In this document: positions 1 to 60,800 of the stretch, piece after piece
How the letters are laid out: every line of letters begins with the position of its first letter
How positions within the stretch are numbered: the stretch's first letter is position 1
The notes under the pieces: model-generated
What the model saw: the letters and a program-made list of their open reading frames with translations, nothing else
Told to the model about the DNA's origin: nothing
Databases searched by the model: none
Source: Podarcis vaucheri
Lineage: Eukaryota
NCBI GenBank assembly: GCA_965113315.1
Contig: OZ220363.1
DNA: 64,000 nt
Direction: 5' to 3' (one strand)
Position numbers and translations under genes: made by a program

Positions 1-235
1 TTGGGGATCTTACCAAATACTGTCCAAACATTTAAACTTTCCCTGGATGCTATAAGGCCTAGAAGCTGACTAGTTTTAAAACAAAAACAAATCATTGAGA
101 TTTTCAGAATACAAAATTTCCCACCGCATACCAGAATTTGCACCTGTGCAGCAGTTTTACAGAATTCATGTGGGTGTGCATTTTTATTATGAGTGTTTGA
201 GTTCAGTGACTAAGATAGTCTTCTCTTGCTTTCAG

Positions 236-47452
<47,217 letters not shown>

Positions 47453-50400
47453 CTAGACAGGTGGCTTGGTCCAGCCAGATGCCTATGCTCTAATGTGCAT
47501 AACGGGGGGGGGGGAAACCTGCATGTCCGAGTGTCCCTGGGCACTCCTGGCACCACTCAAAACACTGTTCTCATCTCCACAACACAGCCTTGCTTCTCAT
47601 TTCCCACCACATCCCCATCTCTCTCCCCCACACAACCCAGGGCATCAAGCCAGTGTTTCAGGCAACAAGGCAACATCCCTGCTGCAGAGCAGAGCTGCGA
47701 GGTGTGTGTCCTTGGTTGGTTCATTGGGAATGCAGAGTTCAGCAAGGCTGACCTTGTGCGTGATCATGCTTTGCACACCTCTCTGTGAACAAAGAACTGC
47801 TTCAGGGGAGAAGACAGTGTGTCGATTTCAGGGGCTTTTTGTGGAAGAAAGGAGTGAAGCAGGAACCTAGCCCACCCCAAAAGGGAACTGAATGAAAACC
47901 ATGATGGCTCTGGAGCAATTCTGCTTATCTCGGAGGTTGGGGAAACTACATCCTCAGCTCATTGCCAAAAGCCCTGGTTCCCAGAAGCTGCTTTCCCAAA
48001 TCGTCTGTTGGAATAGAACCGTCATGTGGAATTTCACCGTCATCTATAGCACAGGCACACCATGCATCAAGATCCAACCCTCATACTGGAAGTCAGTTTT
48101 CTCTTTTCAGCAGGTCTGATGCTCTTCTTTGCAGGGGCATCTAAGACGTACGCACACACGCATGCACAATACCGTGTCACAAAGCACAGAACTTTCTCAC
48201 CAAAAGGTTCCACCCAGAGTCCACTGCGTTGGTGGCGGAATCCTTGCTCGATTATAAATGAATCAGGGTTGCAACCAAAGAGAGAGCATGACCCATGTTC
48301 AGACTTCTGCACTAAATTGGTTAGAATGGAGACGTGTTAGAAATGTGTGTGTGTATTTGTGAAAAAGAGAGGAAGTTTGCTCACCCGCTGCACTAGGAAC
48401 ACAAGGAAGCTGAAGTTAGTTGCAGCTACGCCCCACTGAGAAGCAGCCTGTTGGGTTTCAGTGGACTTTAGCCACCATTAACTTTGGCTGGATTGTGCCC
48501 CACATTACTTAATGAGGTTTTTATCAGCCCCACTATATTTATGCCGGGGTTAACTTTGTGACTAGGCTGAATCCAGGTGCCCTCCCCTCCCCTGAGCTTT
48601 CTGTAAACATCTGTTCTGTGTTGGCTCAGCTCTCCAGAAGCAAATGGCTCCTCTCTTGTCCCTCCGAGGATGCATTGTGCCCAAGCATGGCCTTTGGTAA
48701 TCCACTGCACTGCTTACACTTCTGTAGAATGGAGTGTGGCTTTCTCAGTTACTGTAAATGCAGTCTTAATCCCAACTGCTCCCTTCTGCAGAGACCTCTG
48801 CCTGTGATGTGTGGGTGTCTGAATGGCTGTTTAAAATATATACAGGCACATCTAGCTCTGACTTTATGATAAAGTTCACAAGCCCCTTATCCAAGGAAGG
48901 AATTCATCATCCTCCCTCCCAAAGACAGATGGCTGCTCAGCTGTATTGCTCTTTTGGAACATATTGCTGGAGAGCTAATTGCTTTTGACATTGAGTGGAG
49001 CCTGGAGATTGCCTTTCCTGCAAGGGCCTCTTTGCAGCGATAGTAATACTAAGGATTCTGAAAACAGCAGGCTCCCATTCTTCAGTTGTCTTTTGAGCAC
49101 CCCACCCCTAGGGCTCATTGTGATTTCTAAACCATGTTTTCTTTGTGGGTGCCATATACCATACAAAAAGTGCCTTAACCTAGGGGCATCCCATTATCAT
49201 CACTCCAGGAGTGCGCAGGCTCTGTAAACACCATGAACAGATTGGTTTGGATTCTCCTCGCTCAAAAAGGAAGCTATGAAACTGTCTCTTTAAGCAAAAG
49301 ATATGGGGATCGGGGGGGGGGGGCTGTCTTTGCCTCACACCCACAGCTGTGGGGAAAAGCAGGGCTTGACACTTACTGTCATGGATCCAGGTACCAACAG
49401 CTGAGGCTGGAGGTTTTTCCACATGTTACCTTTTGTCAAGTCTCAAAAGTGTTAAACTTTTCCAGATCTCCTGGGCTGTAATGGGTAGCTGACAATCGGC
49501 TGCCTCACTATTGTGATGAGCAGAGCAGATTCTTCCACAATGCTACATTCGAAAAGCCAATACATCTAAATGGTTTTGAATTATAGTGTTCCGGGTTGTG
49601 GAGTCTGGTAGCATTAACCCCACTGAACATTACCAGTGCAGTTATACGACAGCTTAGCTGCCAGCCTTCTCCTTTCTGCCATTATAAAACATCACTGCCA
49701 TAAAGGATGATCTTCCCCCTTTTATGTTCAGAGTAAGATGCACCCCTAGGTGACTGCTGAACAGCAGGTTGTACCACAACCCACATCTTGCAAAATTGGG
49801 TTTTTAAATATGAAATTAATCAGCAGGTGCAGGAATGATTGCAAGGGGAGGTGGAGAAGAAAGTTGAAAAGTAGAGCAGGCAGCCTTACTAATTAAGCAT
49901 CCCTCAATGATGCTGGTAACTGGTGCCAATTGGGGGCTGGTAGGGCAAAAGGCAAGGAGACCTGCAGTAGGCTTACCTAGAGCCAACTTGATCCGGTTTT
50001 GCCACTGTGTTCTACAAGTGCAACACCAAGACTGAGGAGCAGTGCCATTCTCTTGACTGGTTCTAAGTGGGAAGGCAGGTAGCCATGAGCGCCCCATTAG
50101 TTCTAATGGAGAAGCTTCCACTGCTTCCATAAGCCTTTCTTGCTTCCAGAGGAAGAGCAAGCAGCGCCCATAAAGACCCTCAGTCAGAGCAGTCAACCCA
50201 CTAATACTTCTCTGTTGCTGCACAGTTTGGACACTAGTCAGTGATATAGCATGCTATTACAACAAAGACTTAAATATTGTGGATAATTTTCCACAGCACT
50301 GATATTCAAGGCATGCAGCCATAGCCTGTGCAGATAATGGGGGTGCCTAAGCTCACTGAAAGCAGTTAGCTTAGGCACACGTGAAACAAGGCCTATTTAA

Positions 50401-51997
50401 GCAGAATGCCTTTATGCTCCATTTCGAGGCTAAAACATGGAAGGATTCTCTCCACCAGGGTACTGATGGTTATTGCTAGGGAGAGCTCAAAGGTGCAAAA
50501 GGGAGGGGGAACTCTTCTCTAGCAAAAACAGTGGGCACTCTTAGGAACAAGAGCCCCCAGCCTGCCTGGAATCGGCATTCTTCTGGTGACCTTGCAAAGC
50601 CGTGCTGAAAACCTGTGGGCTGCTAATCGTCAGCCTATTCATTGGTGCCCAGACGACGATGCCAGCATTGGGAAAGAGCAGTGCGTCTTTGAGCACATGC
50701 AGAGAGGTCTGTCCCCCGCCAGCCTGCCTCCCTGCTTGCAGCTGAGCAGTACTGGCACCTTTTTTTCTAGAAAAGAAAGCACTGCCTGCCATACTTACAA
50801 TCTGAATGCCCCCAAAGTGGTATTTTCTCCACTCTTCCAGTCCATGCTTATAGGGGAGAGATATACTTTATCAGCCTGCTGAAGTGAGCACAGAATGGCT
50901 CAACTAAGAAAAGAAAAGAAAAAAAAAGACAGGATGTTTGGACTTCATTGTGGCATTTTTAAAAAAGAAAATCTTATGTGAGGCAGCTCTGTCTAGGAGA
51001 GGCACCAGGCAAGGAATAGTAGGGATCCTGTAAGTTTAGGGTGACCGTTTTCTTTAAGACAACAAAGCACATGAGAATTAGGAGGAGCCGATTCTCCAGC
51101 AAATGCCACCAGGAAGAGAAATATTTACTAAACATGCTACCCAGCTGCAATTGTACAACAAATATACCTTTGGGACCTCATAAGCATTCTGGCTTTGGCA
51201 AGCTCAGCCATCCCTTCCCTTCCTGGAGGATATTTTCACCTGTCAACTCCTGAGTTTCAGGTATGGTAAAATGCTCCTTTTCAGGAAGCTGAAAACACAC
51301 AAAGCTAGGCTGAAATGTTATTTGAGACTATTCCTGCTGTATGACCACTGCCCTATACTAGGCTATGTGCTAAATAAGGAAGTTGCTTCAGACCTTATGT
51401 GTACTTGTTCTGCTCCCCCGTTTCTTTAACCTTTTGCTTGTGCACAGCACCATAAGCTGTGCTCCCAGACCTCTGTTTGGTTTCGCTTGGCACGTTTCGA
51501 GTGCAGTCGTTGTCGGTGTGCCATTACGTCTCGCTGCATTATGCTCCTACCCATTACAGACCCAGGGAGTGTTATCATTTCCCTAGCAGGAACCATTTGC
51601 TGTCTGGCAACTTGCAGCCTTCCCGTGCCTGGCTGCGCCTAGCTCTTCCTTCTTAGATCTAAAGTGACTTCACCTTCGTCAAGCGGCTCCTCCATCAGGC
51701 TTAGCTCTCCAAGACCCCACTACTAACGCAGAGGTCAGGACCTGTCAGAAGGGAGCTCCACATGCACCAGGCCCAGAACATGTTTGCTTCAGAAGAGCAA
51801 GGGCTGTTTCTTGGAGATACAGAGAACAGCTAAAGTAGCCCAGGACCTCTCCTACAGGTTTATAGGGTTTGGGGGTTCATACTCTCTTAAAAACAGCTAG
51901 GCACCAAGTTCCACCTGCTCCAATGTGCTTCCACTGTCCAGAGAAAAGAGCTAAAGCTTCAGAATGTGCTTCAGAAGCAATTTAATAACATTTTTCT

Positions 51998-52015
51998 AAT
52001 AAATGAACAAATAAA
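51998..52015 (+). terminator. Tandem poly(A) signals, probable end of long SPTB 3'UTR (~4.5 kb)
   Basis: AATAAA at 51998-52003 and 52010-52015 followed by GT/T-rich element (ggattttgtgtgcaatttctgttcg); first canonical hexamers I noticed after the stop. Confidence 0.55.
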
Positions 52016-52344
52016 CCCTTCTTGGCTCCTGGATTTTGTGTGCAATTTCTGTTCGTTAAGGGCTCACCCACAGTTACCTGCAGTATGGTTAAAGACACGT
52101 GTGAGAGCCTAGGGGCCTGTGTGTAACACCTCTGCTCAAAACTCTAGATGTCCGTTTTTTAACAGGCCAAGTTCAAAGTGTTACTATCGGTATGTAAAGC
52201 CTTTACTGGATTGGGACCAGTTTACTTGTGGGATCACCTTACCCCACATGTACCCTCTTGATGGCTTGGGTCTGCAGAACTGCCGCTGTTACAGGTGCAA
52301 CATAAGACCTTTTCTGCACTTTTAAGAAATCCACCTTTTCATAT

Positions 52345-52625
52345 TGCAGCAGCTGCACTTTGAAACTCCCTTCCTATTGACATCAGGCAGGCACCTTTGC
52401 TGTATTATTTTTGGCGCCTGCTTAAAAGATTTCTGTTTAGGCAAGCCTACCCAGACATGGAGCAGTTACATGTGTTTTCTCTCTCTTCAGCTACTGTTGT
52501 ATTTAATAATGCTCTGGATGTTTTAAAACCCCCATACTGAGAATTTAAATGCTTATATTTTTGTAAACCCCTCAGAGGTGTTCTTACAATCAAGCGATAC
52601 ATAAACGTTGTCAAAATTAAGGAAA
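52345..52625 (+). mobile_element. Old L2 3' fragment
   Basis: AACTCCCTTCCTATTGACATCAGGCAGGCACC..CTTAAAAG..TTTAGGCAAGCCT and TGTAAACC..AAGCGATACATAAA tail-like motif. Confidence 0.55.
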
Positions 52626-54068
52626 AACAAAACACTATGCAGTCATTTTGCTGCCTGGAACACCCACGCCGTTTCAAGCTTACAAAAGAAAAGGGAGCAC
52701 CCCCAAAAGTTATCTTGAATAGCCTTTAATGCAAAGTATCCTTGAACATGTCCAGAGATGATGCCTAAGGACCTTTGGGATAGTCTTTGGCAGGCAGAGA
52801 GAGGAATGGAGCAGACCCTTGACATTTTCTGTTGTTTGAAACTCACCCCTAAGAAGGTGGGCGTTGCTTCTCTGCTGTTTGGTGGAGAAATAACCTCAAA
52901 TACTTCCCACCCCAGCTGATGAAAACCCACCATTGCACCCTGACTCCTGCCCCAGAAATCCAGAATGTGTTTGTGCTCCCCTTCTCTCAACCGTCACTGC
53001 CTACCCTTCAACCCAACATTCGATAATAAGACTGGGCAGCTGCAGCACTTTCCTGACTTGTTCCTATTTCTCCATACAGAGCTCTCCTCTAGTGGAGCTG
53101 CATTGTTTCCTTTGGCAAAGTGTCCCATCTTAGAGAAACTTGATCTAAAGACATCCAGTAGTTGGGGTGGGAGCAGTGATCCTTCTAGCCTGACCAGTGA
53201 ATAGAATAAACCTTCTACCAAGGGATGTGCAGGTCTTTTAAGACCTCCTGGCACTATAGTGGATCAGAACCACACTAGTGTTAGCCCATGCCACTGGTGA
53301 ACTTAAGAGAGCTCTGTGATGCTCAAGACTCTTCTCAATCTTACTTCTGCAGTAAAAAATCATAGGCTTCAATTCCCCCCCCCATCCCCCCCCCCAAGTG
53401 AAGAAACCACAGCCACATTTTCTGGTCAAAAGTGGTTATTGCACAGTGCGTACAGACTGAAATGTGTACACAACCAATATTATTAAGATTATATACTATC
53501 AAACTGGGAGTCTTAGATCAACTCTCTGCCAGCCACAGTAAAATCACGCTCTTAAAAATAAAAAAGTAAAGACAAAAGAAAATTTGGAACAATAACTTAT
53601 GGTTATCCTATGAGACTGAGCAACAGAAGGCTCATTCATTTCTGCTGTGGCTTGGCAAAGCAAGGATTTGGTCCTGAAGGGAAAGGAAACACCTTTTCTT
53701 AGTGGACCATATGGGTAGCTGCAAAGGAGTCTCTGATTTGTGGTATGCCTGTCCTGATGGGAAGCTTCTCAGTGCTTCCCGGAAACGTGTGAAGAGTACT
53801 TCCCAACAGTGCGGCCAACGAAGGACAGCAACCACCTGGCTCAGAATGCACAGCCGTGAGCTCAGCAACTTCCCAGAGGGTAGAGGCAGCTGGACACGAA
53901 GGTTGGAGCACAATGAGCCAGGTGGCAATCCAGGTCGGAAGAGGAGGAAGAGACTGTCACCCGTCCTTTCTCCTCTCAAGGAGCTGGGGGAGAAAATGAC
54001 ATCAACTCCAGAACCATCCTAGTTCATAAAAGAGGGCTTAGCAGCATGGGAGCAACAGACATAGGAGC

Positions 54069-54871
54069 TCAACTGTTGGAATTGAGGGTCTGGAATTTCT
54101 CCCTCAGGTTCTTTACCAGGCTCTGCTGGCTGCTGTCTGTTTTCTCCCGGCAAACCTGCTGAAGTGCTTTGTGGGGAGCTGCTTCCTGGAGGTCCTCCTC
54201 ACGCCTGCGGTATTCTTCCGAGTCCTGGTAGGCCTTGCACCTCTCCACCACAGCCTTGAGAGAGATCTTCTCCCGGGAAGTAGGGGAGCGAATCTGCACA
54301 TAGCTCTCGTCCGGATCGACAGTCACATCCAGCAGCTTTTCCATGACAACCACTCGCTGACGGTTCTCCAGAGAGGTCTCAGCCGTAACGCTCAATTCCT
54401 TGTGCGCGTCGCAGCCCTGGAGTCCGGAGTCCGGTGGAGCTTCCCTTTTGCAGCCTGGCATGCCCCCTTGCTGGGGTTTGTCCGCTGCCTTCACAATCCT
54501 CTTGGAGCACTGGTGCTCCTCCAGAGCTCTATCAGCTGTATCCACCATTTTTTCAGGGGCTGAGCGGCTCCTGTTGACGGGTTGCGGCCTGCACTTCTGA
54601 TTCCCTGATGGACAGGAATATTTGGACCTGAGCTCCCGCACGTCTGGCCAGTTGAACTTTTCAGCCACGACGGGGCTGAGGGGGCTGCAAGACAGGGTGC
54701 TGTTGGTGGGGGAGGCAAGCCGCGGGCTGCTGGAGGAGGGGCTGAAAGAGAAGCGCTTGGGGGACTTCTCCAGGGACGAGGTTGACGATGGGGGGAGAGT
54801 CAGTGGGCTGGCCTCCTGCAGCAATACTTGCTCGTAAGTATTGGGGAGGGTCAAGGCTGGCTTCCGTTTGC
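54069..54871 (-). CDS. PLEKHG3: PLEKHG3 terminal coding exon
   Basis: ttctag|GCAAACGG (G)KRKPALTLP..FNWPDVRELRSKY..VKNLREKFQTLNSNS-TGA. Confidence 0.92.
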
Positions 54872-57800
54872 CTAGAAGAAAAAGCAACAAGGAATGAGTG
54901 AGGCAGCAATAAGGCAAGGCGTTTGCTGGGTGGGTGGGCTGCAACAGTGGTCCCCCTTACTCCCCAATCTCAGCAGCTCCATTTTTGTCAGCTGCACAGC
55001 AGCCTTGCTGTTTCCCTTTGAAAGAGCAAGGAGGGAAGGAGGCTCCCAGAGGCTGTTCTGCTTGAGGAGTCAAGAATTGCCAAGTTCTTGGGCACTTTGG
55101 TGAGGACCCTTGTTAAAATATCCTAGAGGTGGAGGTTTGTCCTGGTGGAAACCTTTTGTATTCATATATATCCAAGCCAGAAAGTTCCCTCCCCATTCGC
55201 CTCTGCAATCCCCTCTGGGCCTCCATCAATTCCATCTCAGAGATATACAGTAGCTGGATGGGGCACCTGGGGCTTCTCCAATAGAGGGAGAAGCAATGGA
55301 ATTAATTGAATTAAGCTAAATCAGGGTGGAAAATCTTTCTCGGCTCAGGAGCAACATTCGTACCCAGGGCCAGAAACGACTCCAACCTTTGCACTGTAAA
55401 CTACATTTCAGAGGTTGTTATAATGCCCCCTGCCCTCTCTAGCCAGGCATCACACTTCAAGGGCACATTCCGTTCAGGAAATAGCACCTGAGGAAGGTGT
55501 GGATCAGGCCTGGATAAGGGCTGCGGCCAGGGGAAGGAGGAAGGTGTGTGTGGCTAGGACAGAGAGCTCTGAGGAGACTGGATACGCTGGGGCAAGAGTT
55601 CCCCCAGCGCTGAGAAAAAGGCAGAGTTCAGCAGTGAGTGCAGCCCAATGCAGGAACAGGCTGGAGAGACGGAGCCCCCTTCCTTCAGTTCAGACCATTT
55701 CAACTTTCTCCTACATACCAGGAAAGAGTTTTTTCCCCCAGAACATCTCTTTCTATCTCCAGAATCTACAGATCTGCAAATCTGCTCTCTTTGCACGATG
55801 TTTACAAACTGTGCTTTTTCCTGGTTTGGGGGCTGGACAGTGCTCACCAAAGACAACTTTCCCACAACTGGGAAAGAAACAGGAGCATGGAAAGCTGTCT
55901 TGAGGATGCTGGGAGGTCTGAAAAACAGGCCACCCACTTGGGCTTTTGCCCTTAAAGTAGCACAGGTTCGTGGTTTTGAGCAGCCACAAAAATGTGGCAT
56001 GTGCACTGCCTCTTGTGTCCTCCCTGCCCAGGTGATATTCCTCTGGCCCAGCAAGTGGTATTTGGCTCCGGCTGTCATAAGAGTTCTGGTCTAGAATATA
56101 AACTCCTCTGGAAACAGAATCCACTACTACTATTGTAATAAGCACATTTCAGTATATTTTTTTTAACTGCGGCTCTTAAAACATTCAATATATTATATTT
56201 TACAACTGTTTTATATCTATCTGACACTTTGTGAATCTTTATATTTGGTGCATGTTGCTGGTGGGGTGTTTTTAATGAAGGTTGCTACCTCCCACGAGCC
56301 AAGGACAAGTCATTAATCTAAAAATTTAAAATATAAGTCACAATGAATCTCCTATATTTATGGGCACAGCTGTGGCTTCTAGGCACTGCTGAAATTCATA
56401 TAACATGAACAATGAGGTCCTGCCTGTGATAGCACAGTGCCCTCTCGCCAATACATACCCTTGCTTTTCTTATCTGCCTCCGGCTGGACAGTCAAAGTAT
56501 TGCCTTTCATCTCCTCCTCCAGCTCAGCAAGCCTCCTATGTGCTGCAGGCTTCTGGCCCTTGATTCGGAGGCTGTACTGGCGGGCCAGCTGGTAGACCTT
56601 GTTCTTCACCTTCTCCGCCAGCTCTGCCTCCGTCAGGTGGGCCAGCTGCATTATCCGGGGGTGCAAGCGGGGGAGATACCGATCTTGCTCAGAGCCCCCC
56701 AGCTCATGGGCCAGCTTCCAGGGCTTCCGAGAAGGCGCAGCCCGCTCCACAGGAGACTTGCTCTCAGGCGAGGGCACCGCCGACTCCTCTGTGATGGCCC
56801 CAAGATCCTCGTCCTCCAGGATGAGCAGCGGCTCGTGGAGGTCAAAGCCGTTCTCCTGGCCACGAAGCCTCTCCGCGTGCCGCAGAGAGGAGCCCCCAGC
56901 CACCTGACCATTCGCCGTGCCTGGCCGAGTGACACCTTCAGGCCTCCTACTCTGACCCTCTCCGCTCGGCTTCTCCATCTCCTCCCAGATTTTAATCATC
57001 TCAGCCGGCGGCCTGAACTCTGCTTCGGTGATGGGCAGGGGGCTTCCAGCAGAGGCTGCCTCGGAGCGGGGGGCCTGTAGCCCAGCCACGGGCCTGTTTG
57101 ACAACACCCAGGCTGCTGTGGGGCCAGCCCCACCACTGGCAGGGCCGCCCGGCCTCTTGTGCTTCAGCCCCTCCTGCTCTGGCTCTGGCTGGGGAAGGCT
57201 GTTGATCCTGAAGACGGAATTCCTCACCATCCCTTTGGGGATGTAGGACAGGCTCTCCCGCCGCCTGACGCTGAAGCCGGCATCCTGGTGCTCCGCGTAA
57301 TCATAGTAGTTCTTGATCTTGTCTAGCAGCAGCCGGTCCTGATGGGAGAGCATGGACTCCTTCCGCTTGCAGGAGGCATGGTCCGTCTCAAGCAGCCCAG
57401 GAGAGGCGGCCCCGCTGCAGGCACTGCTGGGCTCACCCGGGGGCTCTTGAGGCAGGGAGTCTGTGGTGCTGTTCGTGCGACATCCGGCCTTCTCGCTGCC
57501 GTCCAGGCTCAAGACGCTGCCGCTGCGGCTAGCCTGCTTTGGCGTCAGGTGGCCCTTGCCCTCCTCGAGTGCCAGGCTGCTGCGGCGAGAGAGGCTGCTG
57601 GCAAAGCGCTCTGCAATGACGCTGGCTTGATCCAGCACAGAGAAAGGGAGGATGCTTCTGGTCTGGGGTGCACGTCTGTCCTCCTCCTCTTCCTCCTCTT
57701 CTTCCTCCTCCTCCTCGCTACTAAGCGGCTTCAGTTCAGTATGTTCAGTGGGCTCCAGGCCATCTGAACGCTGTTGATTCAGGGTCCCCCACTGGCCTGC

Positions 57801-60800
57801 CAGGACTGGCTCCAGGTTGCCCACCGACTCGGGGTCTGAAGGACCCTCTTCCAGGTACTCTTCCTTAAGGGGAGAAGCTTCTAAGACCATGCTGAGTTCG
57901 ATGGCTGATCGCGCCTAGGAAGAGAAGGAAAGTTTTGCACACTTAACGCACAACCCAAAAAATGGTGGTCTTGCAGATAAACAGTTTAAGGGCTGAGTTA
58001 ATAGTCACTACTCAAATGCAACCAACTCTTGAACCCAGCAAATATGTTGGCTTCTAAGGCAGGGAACCCACCAACCACTAAGCTGACTCAACAGCAGACA
58101 GAAATATTGCTCGTTTTTATGTCGTATGTTCTGGGGACAATTTGGAGCATCCATTGGGAAGGACAATGGCATAGAATACTCAGTATGGGAACTGAGTCTG
58201 GGAAGTGGAATGTCCAGGAGTCTTTGGCTATTTTTAGTGTTACGGGCCAACAGTTTCCTTGTCTCAAAATTGGCACAAGCAGAAATTCCATTCTCCCCAA
58301 GGAATGTAAGAAGCTGCCTAACAGAGCAGACAGTCCTGACCTGGATGGACCTGTGATCTCCCTGGTTGAGGTTCTCCAGGGTTTCAGAAGGGACATTCCC
58401 AGCCCTCTCTGGAGATGCCAGAGGCTGAACCTGGGAGCTCTACCCACTGAGCAATGGCACTTCCCCAAACAGCACCTCCACCAACCACTCACCTTTGGGA
58501 CAGATGAGACATTATCCCCGGTCCTGTTTTTCTCACCACTGCTGCCTGGCGACTGGTATTGCTTGGGCCCTTCCTGTGCCTTGTGGCTCTTGGCCTGAAC
58601 CAAAACAAAAACATTAGAGAGTTGAGTACATGCTACTGGGAAGAAGCCATTGGACAAGAGCAGCCAAACATCCCTAGCCATTGTTATTTGTCATTCTGAA
58701 AAACTTTACAGAGAAAGTCAGAGATCATAGCTTGTCCCAGATAGCTAAAATGCATCATGTGCCCACGCAGGTCCAAGTCCAATATTCTAGCCATTGGATG
58801 CAGCAACAAAAACCACCTGATGTCGCATCCATCAGCCTTGCAAGCAGCAGGTGAACGCAAGTGCTGGTGGCTCTGGTTCACTTGCTGCCCTGGCACAGAG
58901 GAGCCTTGCAGTTACTTAAGCCAGTCCCAATTTCATCCAGGAACACAGCTTTCCCGAGCAGACTCTCTACACGTCTTGCAGCACTTTGGTGTGGCCGGTG
59001 GAGTGCACTAGTTAAAAACTGCAGGCTGATAAACTATCTGGAAGATGCACAGTTAGTGCTGGATCCAGGGATGGTCCAATAGCACAGGCAACAGGACTTG
59101 GAAGAGGATTCTGCTGAATGTTAGCTTTGTCTCATTATCAAGCTGCTAACGTGGAAGAACCTTCCTGGCAAGAGGACAGGGAACGGCAGGAAAAGGACCT
59201 CCCACAGATACAGAGATGGTAAGACCTAAAGAGCCTCTTTTGTTATCAAGCCACAAATCTTGTTAGCCCCCGTGAAGGACTGCACAAAAGCACCAAGTCA
59301 GTCAGTAGTATCACCGAAGGGTTAAAACAGCTGCAAAAGAAAGCACACGGGAACCTCTGGGGCTGTCCCACATCTGATTAACGGGAAGATGGCACAGAAG
59401 GAACGGAGGGCAGCCGCGAGCCATGCAGCAAGCCAGCATGCAGGAGGGAGACGCAGCAGGGGTTGAACAGGCACCTCACCGTGCTGCCCCAGGAGAAAAG
59501 CAAAGCGTTGGCCCGATAGTGCCAGCAGTGGAGGACGGCCATCAAGGAGCTTGCAAAGTCTGCCACCTGCTCCGTTCCTACCAGCCTCTCCTCCTCTTCC
59601 TCTTCCTCCTCCTCTTCGTCTTCTTCCTCCGGCCCCATATCCTTCTCGCTGCCATCGCTTTCAGCCAACTCTTCCAGAGATTCCTGGGGAAGGGCCTGCC
59701 GATCCTGCTGCTGCTGCTGCGGCAAGCTGCTGGTGGGGTGCGAGGGCTCCCCAAACTCCAAAAGGGCTCCGTCACTGCCTGCATGCTACGTGAAGTGAGG
59801 GCAAGCAGGGGCTTTTAGAAAGGCCCCAGTGCTGGGGCACCAACAGAGACACAGCTTAGGGTGCCCTTTCCTTAACCTGTGCTCTATCGCTGCCTGCTCA
59901 ACATGAGAGCAGAAGCACACAGCTTAGCGCTGTGAGGAGCTTACTGGCCACCCTATGGGAGATGGCAGTGGTCAGAGGGAAATGTCAATTTGTTATTAAA
60001 ATGAATAATGGCCCCTGCACCAACATTTACCCCAGAGCAGTTTACCTTTAAGGTGGCGTTTTGGTAAGGGACCCAAAGCCCATTGCATGTCACCCAAGAC
60101 TTTAATTTCCTTAGAAAGGGAAGACCCTTCTTCCTTTCCCTCATTTATTTTGTCTTCTAGAATTTCTGTCTCTTACCTTTAGTCCTATTGCCAGATTTGC
60201 AGCACAGGAAGAAGGAGGGGGGAAAAAGAAGCCATTAGGGAAAAGGTGGGGTCTTGTTTCCCTGCCCAGGTAGTCTTCCTCCCTATTTCCCAATCTCCAT
60301 TTCAGGCACACTCTTACTCTATATAAGCAGCAGACACAGCAAACATGCTGGCAGAGAGCCATTTTTACATCACTTATATCTTGTTACAGTCCCTTCCAGC
60401 GGCTGTGGGTCCCCTGAGAAGGCAGTGGGTCAGCCACAAGGCAACAGGAAGAAGTCACTGCTGAAGGAGGGACTGAGTAAAGGAACAATTCAGGCTCACA
60501 CACTTTGAGCAGGAGTGGGGAAACATCAACCCTTCGCCAGCCTTGCTCTCTGGGGCTGGTGGGAGTCCAGTCCAACAACCTCTGGAGGGCTCCAGGTTCC
60601 CCCATCCCTGCCTTTCAGCATCTAAGGTGCCTTGTTTAGCAATATGAAATTGCCCTGTGCTCAAAACTGCTAGCTGTAATAAATCTGAGAGGAGTGACCA
60701 TTGGCATAAGGACAGGCACCTGTCAAATCCCACCCACACTGGTCAAGTAAACCTGGGACAGGGAAATCTGGTCAGTACAGAGCTTCTTCCACCTAGGCTG

